A stretch of DNA of 64,000 nucleotides, from positions 32,001 through 96,000 of the forward strand of contig CAVSHO010000009.1 of NCBI GenBank assembly GCA_963727825.1, written 5' to 3'. The position numbers and the translations under genes were made by a program. The notes below the pieces were generated by a model. The model saw nothing but the letters and a program-made list of their open reading frames with translations. It did no database searches and was not told where the DNA came from. Below, piece by piece: positions 61,878-64,000 of this stretch. Numbering within the stretch: position 1 is the stretch's first letter; each line of letters begins with the position of its first letter. Source of the DNA: Ignavibacteriota bacterium. Lineage in GTDB: Bacteria; Bacteroidota; Ignavibacteria; UBA10030.

Positions 61878-61958
61878 CCTCACCCTCCGCCAACCAGCCC
61901 GCTGCGCGTTCTGGCGGGAAAGCAGGCGGACAAGTAACCCCCTCCTATGAGGAGAGGG
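61878..61958. repeat. GC-rich nested palindromic REP-like element
   Basis: cctcaccc [tccgcc..cccgc..gcggg..ggcgga] ..cccctcct-atg-aggagaggg in an AT-rich intergenic region. Confidence 0.45.
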
Positions 61959-62193
61959 AATTATTTTTCTTTTTACAAATATACTGAGCAGTCAGAGAAT
62001 ATCATAAATGAAGTTGTTTTTTATTCCTGACTCCTTTACATTAAATAAAGCGCTCTGAGTTCCTTTCTCGATCGCAATCATTTTTCTCCGGAATTTTGTA
62101 GATGCATCGAATTCTCCGCGCTTCATAAACAAGCTCTGTAATCGCATCCAATATACGCAGCTTTCTTACTAATAAGCTGAAAGGATTCGATCC

Positions 62194-63681
62194 ATGAATA
62201 TTCTTCTCGTAAATCCAAAATTCCCTGATACGTTCTGGAGCTTCAAGCATGCACTCAAGTTTATCTCCAAGCGCACCACCTTCCCTCCGCTCGGATTGCT
62301 TACGGTAGCATCAATGCTGCCTCATTCATGGAATAAGCGTTTGGTTGATATAAATGTGCAAGACTTCCGAGAAATTGAATTGAGATGGGCTGACCTCGTT
62401 TTCCTGGGCGGCATGTCGATTCAATTGAAATCAGCACGAGTTATCATTGACCAATGTAAAACGATGGGAAAAAAGATTGTCGCTGGCGGACCTTTGTTCA
62501 CATCGTTCCCTGATGAATTTAATGATGTCGATTATCTCGTATTAAACGAAGCAGAGCTGACACTGCCGCAGTTTCTCACGGACATTAAAAGTTGCAATGC
62601 TCGCCATATCTACCAGACCGATCAATGGGCTGATGTTACAACGACTCCCGTTCCGATGTGGAATCTCATCAATTCGAAGTATTACTCTTCTATGAACATT
62701 CAATACTCACGCGGCTGTCCATACGATTGCGAATTCTGCGACATTACAGTTCTTTACGGACACTTGCCGAGAACAAAAACAAAAGAGCAAATGCTTGCAG
62801 AGCTAGAAGCTTTGTACTCCATCGGCTGGAGAAGCGATGTTTTTATTGTTGATGACAACTTTATAGGCAATAAGACATTGCTGAAGAAAGAAATTCTGCC
62901 TGCAATTATTAATTGGATGGAAAGAAGAAAGCATCCATTTGGTCTCAACACTGAAGCTTCTATCAATCTCTCCGATGATGAAGAACTTATGGACTTGATG
63001 GTGAAAGCAGGGTTTAATGCTGTGTTCGTCGGTATCGAATCACCAAATGAAGAAAGTTTGATTGAGTGTAAAAAGAATCCAAATAGAAACCGCAACCTTG
63101 TTGAGTCGGTCAAGAAACTTCAGCACAAAGGATTGCAAGTACAAGGCGGATTCATCGTAGGGTTTGACAGCGATCCGAGTTCGATCTTCCAGAAAGTAGT
63201 CGAGTTCATTCAAGATAGCGGCATCGTTACTGCAATGGTCGGATTGTTAAATGCACCAACAGGTTCAAGATTATATAAGCGGATGCTTAAAGAAGGACGT
63301 TTGCTCAAAGCAATGTCAGGCGATAACACAGATTTCTCTATGAATTTTATCCCTAAAATGAATTACGACTTTCTTATCAACGGATATCGGTCGATTTTAG
63401 AAAATATTTATTCTTCAAAACAATATTATACTCGTGTCAAAGAATTTTTGCAAACTTACAATCCACCAAAGGTTAGAATATCATTTGTGAAATCAAATCA
63501 CTTAAAAGCGTTATTGAAATCCGTAATCATCCTTGGCATTATCGATAAGGAACGTTTGCATTACTGGAGATTGTTTTTCTGGTCGCTCTTCACTCGTCCG
63601 CGAATGTTTCCGCTTGCTATCACATTTACAATTTACGGATACCACTACAGAAGAATTTTGGAATATTATGTGAGGGGATGA
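62194..63681 (+). CDS. B12-binding radical SAM protein (HpnP/DUF4070-like)
   Basis: PPLGLLTVA, GGP, SRGCPYDCEFC (CxxxCxxC), VDDNF, GFIVGFD. Confidence 0.88.
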   Translation: MNILLVNPKFPDTFWSFKHALKFISKRTTFPPLGLLTVASMLPHSWNKRLVDINVQDFREIELRWADLVFLGGMSIQLKSARVIIDQCKTMGKKIVAGGPLFTSFPDEFNDVDYLVLNEAELTLPQFLTDIKSCNARHIYQTDQWADVTTTPVPMWNLINSKYYSSMNIQYSRGCPYDCEFCDITVLYGHLPRTKTKEQMLAELEALYSIGWRSDVFIVDDNFIGNKTLLKKEILPAIINWMERRKHPFGLNTEASINLSDDEELMDLMVKAGFNAVFVGIESPNEESLIECKKNPNRNRNLVESVKKLQHKGLQVQGGFIVGFDSDPSSIFQKVVEFIQDSGIVTAMVGLLNAPTGSRLYKRMLKEGRLLKAMSGDNTDFSMNFIPKMNYDFLINGYRSILENIYSSKQYYTRVKEFLQTYNPPKVRISFVKSNHLKALLKSVIILGIIDKERLHYWRLFFWSLFTRPRMFPLAITFTIYGYHYRRILEYYVRG

Positions 63682-63740
63682 AGAATAGTAATCAACAAGC
63701 AACAAACAGCAATTGTTATCCAATTCTCACTATTAATTGA

Positions 63741-64000
63741 TCAATGCACATTGCTCGCGGCTTTTAGTGTATTCTTCATAAGCATCGCGACAGTCATTAA
63801 GCCGACGCCGCCGGGGACAGGCGTAATTGCCTTCGCGACTTTTGATGCAGATTCGAAATGCACATCACCGACAATACTATATCCTTTCGGCGAAGAAGCA
63901 TCTTCTACTCGATTAATACCGACATCGATGATGACAACACCCGGCTTTAACATTGCACCGGTGATAAATTCCGGTTTACCAATGGCGGCAATAAGAATGT
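63741..64000 (-). CDS. folD: Methylene-THF dehydrogenase/cyclohydrolase, 3' end (partial)
   Basis: [24 protein letters not shown]...VGDV...[15 protein letters not shown]. Confidence 0.92.
   Translation of the reverse strand, partial: ILIAAIGKPEFITGAMLKPGVVIIDVGINRVEDASSPKGYSIVGDVHFESASKVAKAITPVPGGVGLMTVAMLMKNTLKAASNVH

Noticed and set aside
700-63723. Numerous 60-190 aa ORFs antisense to or nested in long genes
   Set aside because: Shadow frames of well-supported genes, with no motifs of their own
1-64000. CRISPR array, tRNA, rRNA, transposase or integrase
   Set aside because: No regularly spaced repeats, RNA gene signatures or recombinase motifs seen

Overview
AT-rich window, probably from an FCB-group bacterium of Ignavibacteria type (inferred from many T9SS C-terminal domains together with GGAG Shine-Dalgarno sites). 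Most of it is one large xylan/glucuronoxylan utilisation island in four parts. (1) 1-29 kb: T9SS-secreted proteins including a CBM4-GH10 xylanase, two SusD-less TonB-dependent receptors each followed by a paralogous T9SS protein, SurA-like chaperones, a spermidine-synthase-like membrane protein (this module is partly duplicated and decayed), and an ECF sigma/FecR pair. (2) 29-42 kb: galM, xylB, xylA, a PfkB kinase, cytoplasmic GH3 and GH116, and a GPH symporter. (3) 42.8-57.4 kb: two convergent operons, fhs-pterin methyltransferase-metV-metF on one strand and GH115-GH43-corrinoid protein-homocysteine methyltransferase-MetH activation domain-UROD-fold methyltransferase-AKR-esterase on the other. 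(4) A LacI regulator whose palindromic operator ATTGAACCGGTTCAAT is seen at four promoters, then a HAMP-ROK fusion, a B12 radical SAM gene and partial folD. The best candidate for an undescribed system is a cobalamin-dependent O-demethylation route for 4-O-methylglucuronate released by GH115, coupled to THF one-carbon metabolism and methionine synthesis; the substrate is inferred from gene context only. Seven genes carry single +1 frameshifts that may be assembly errors.
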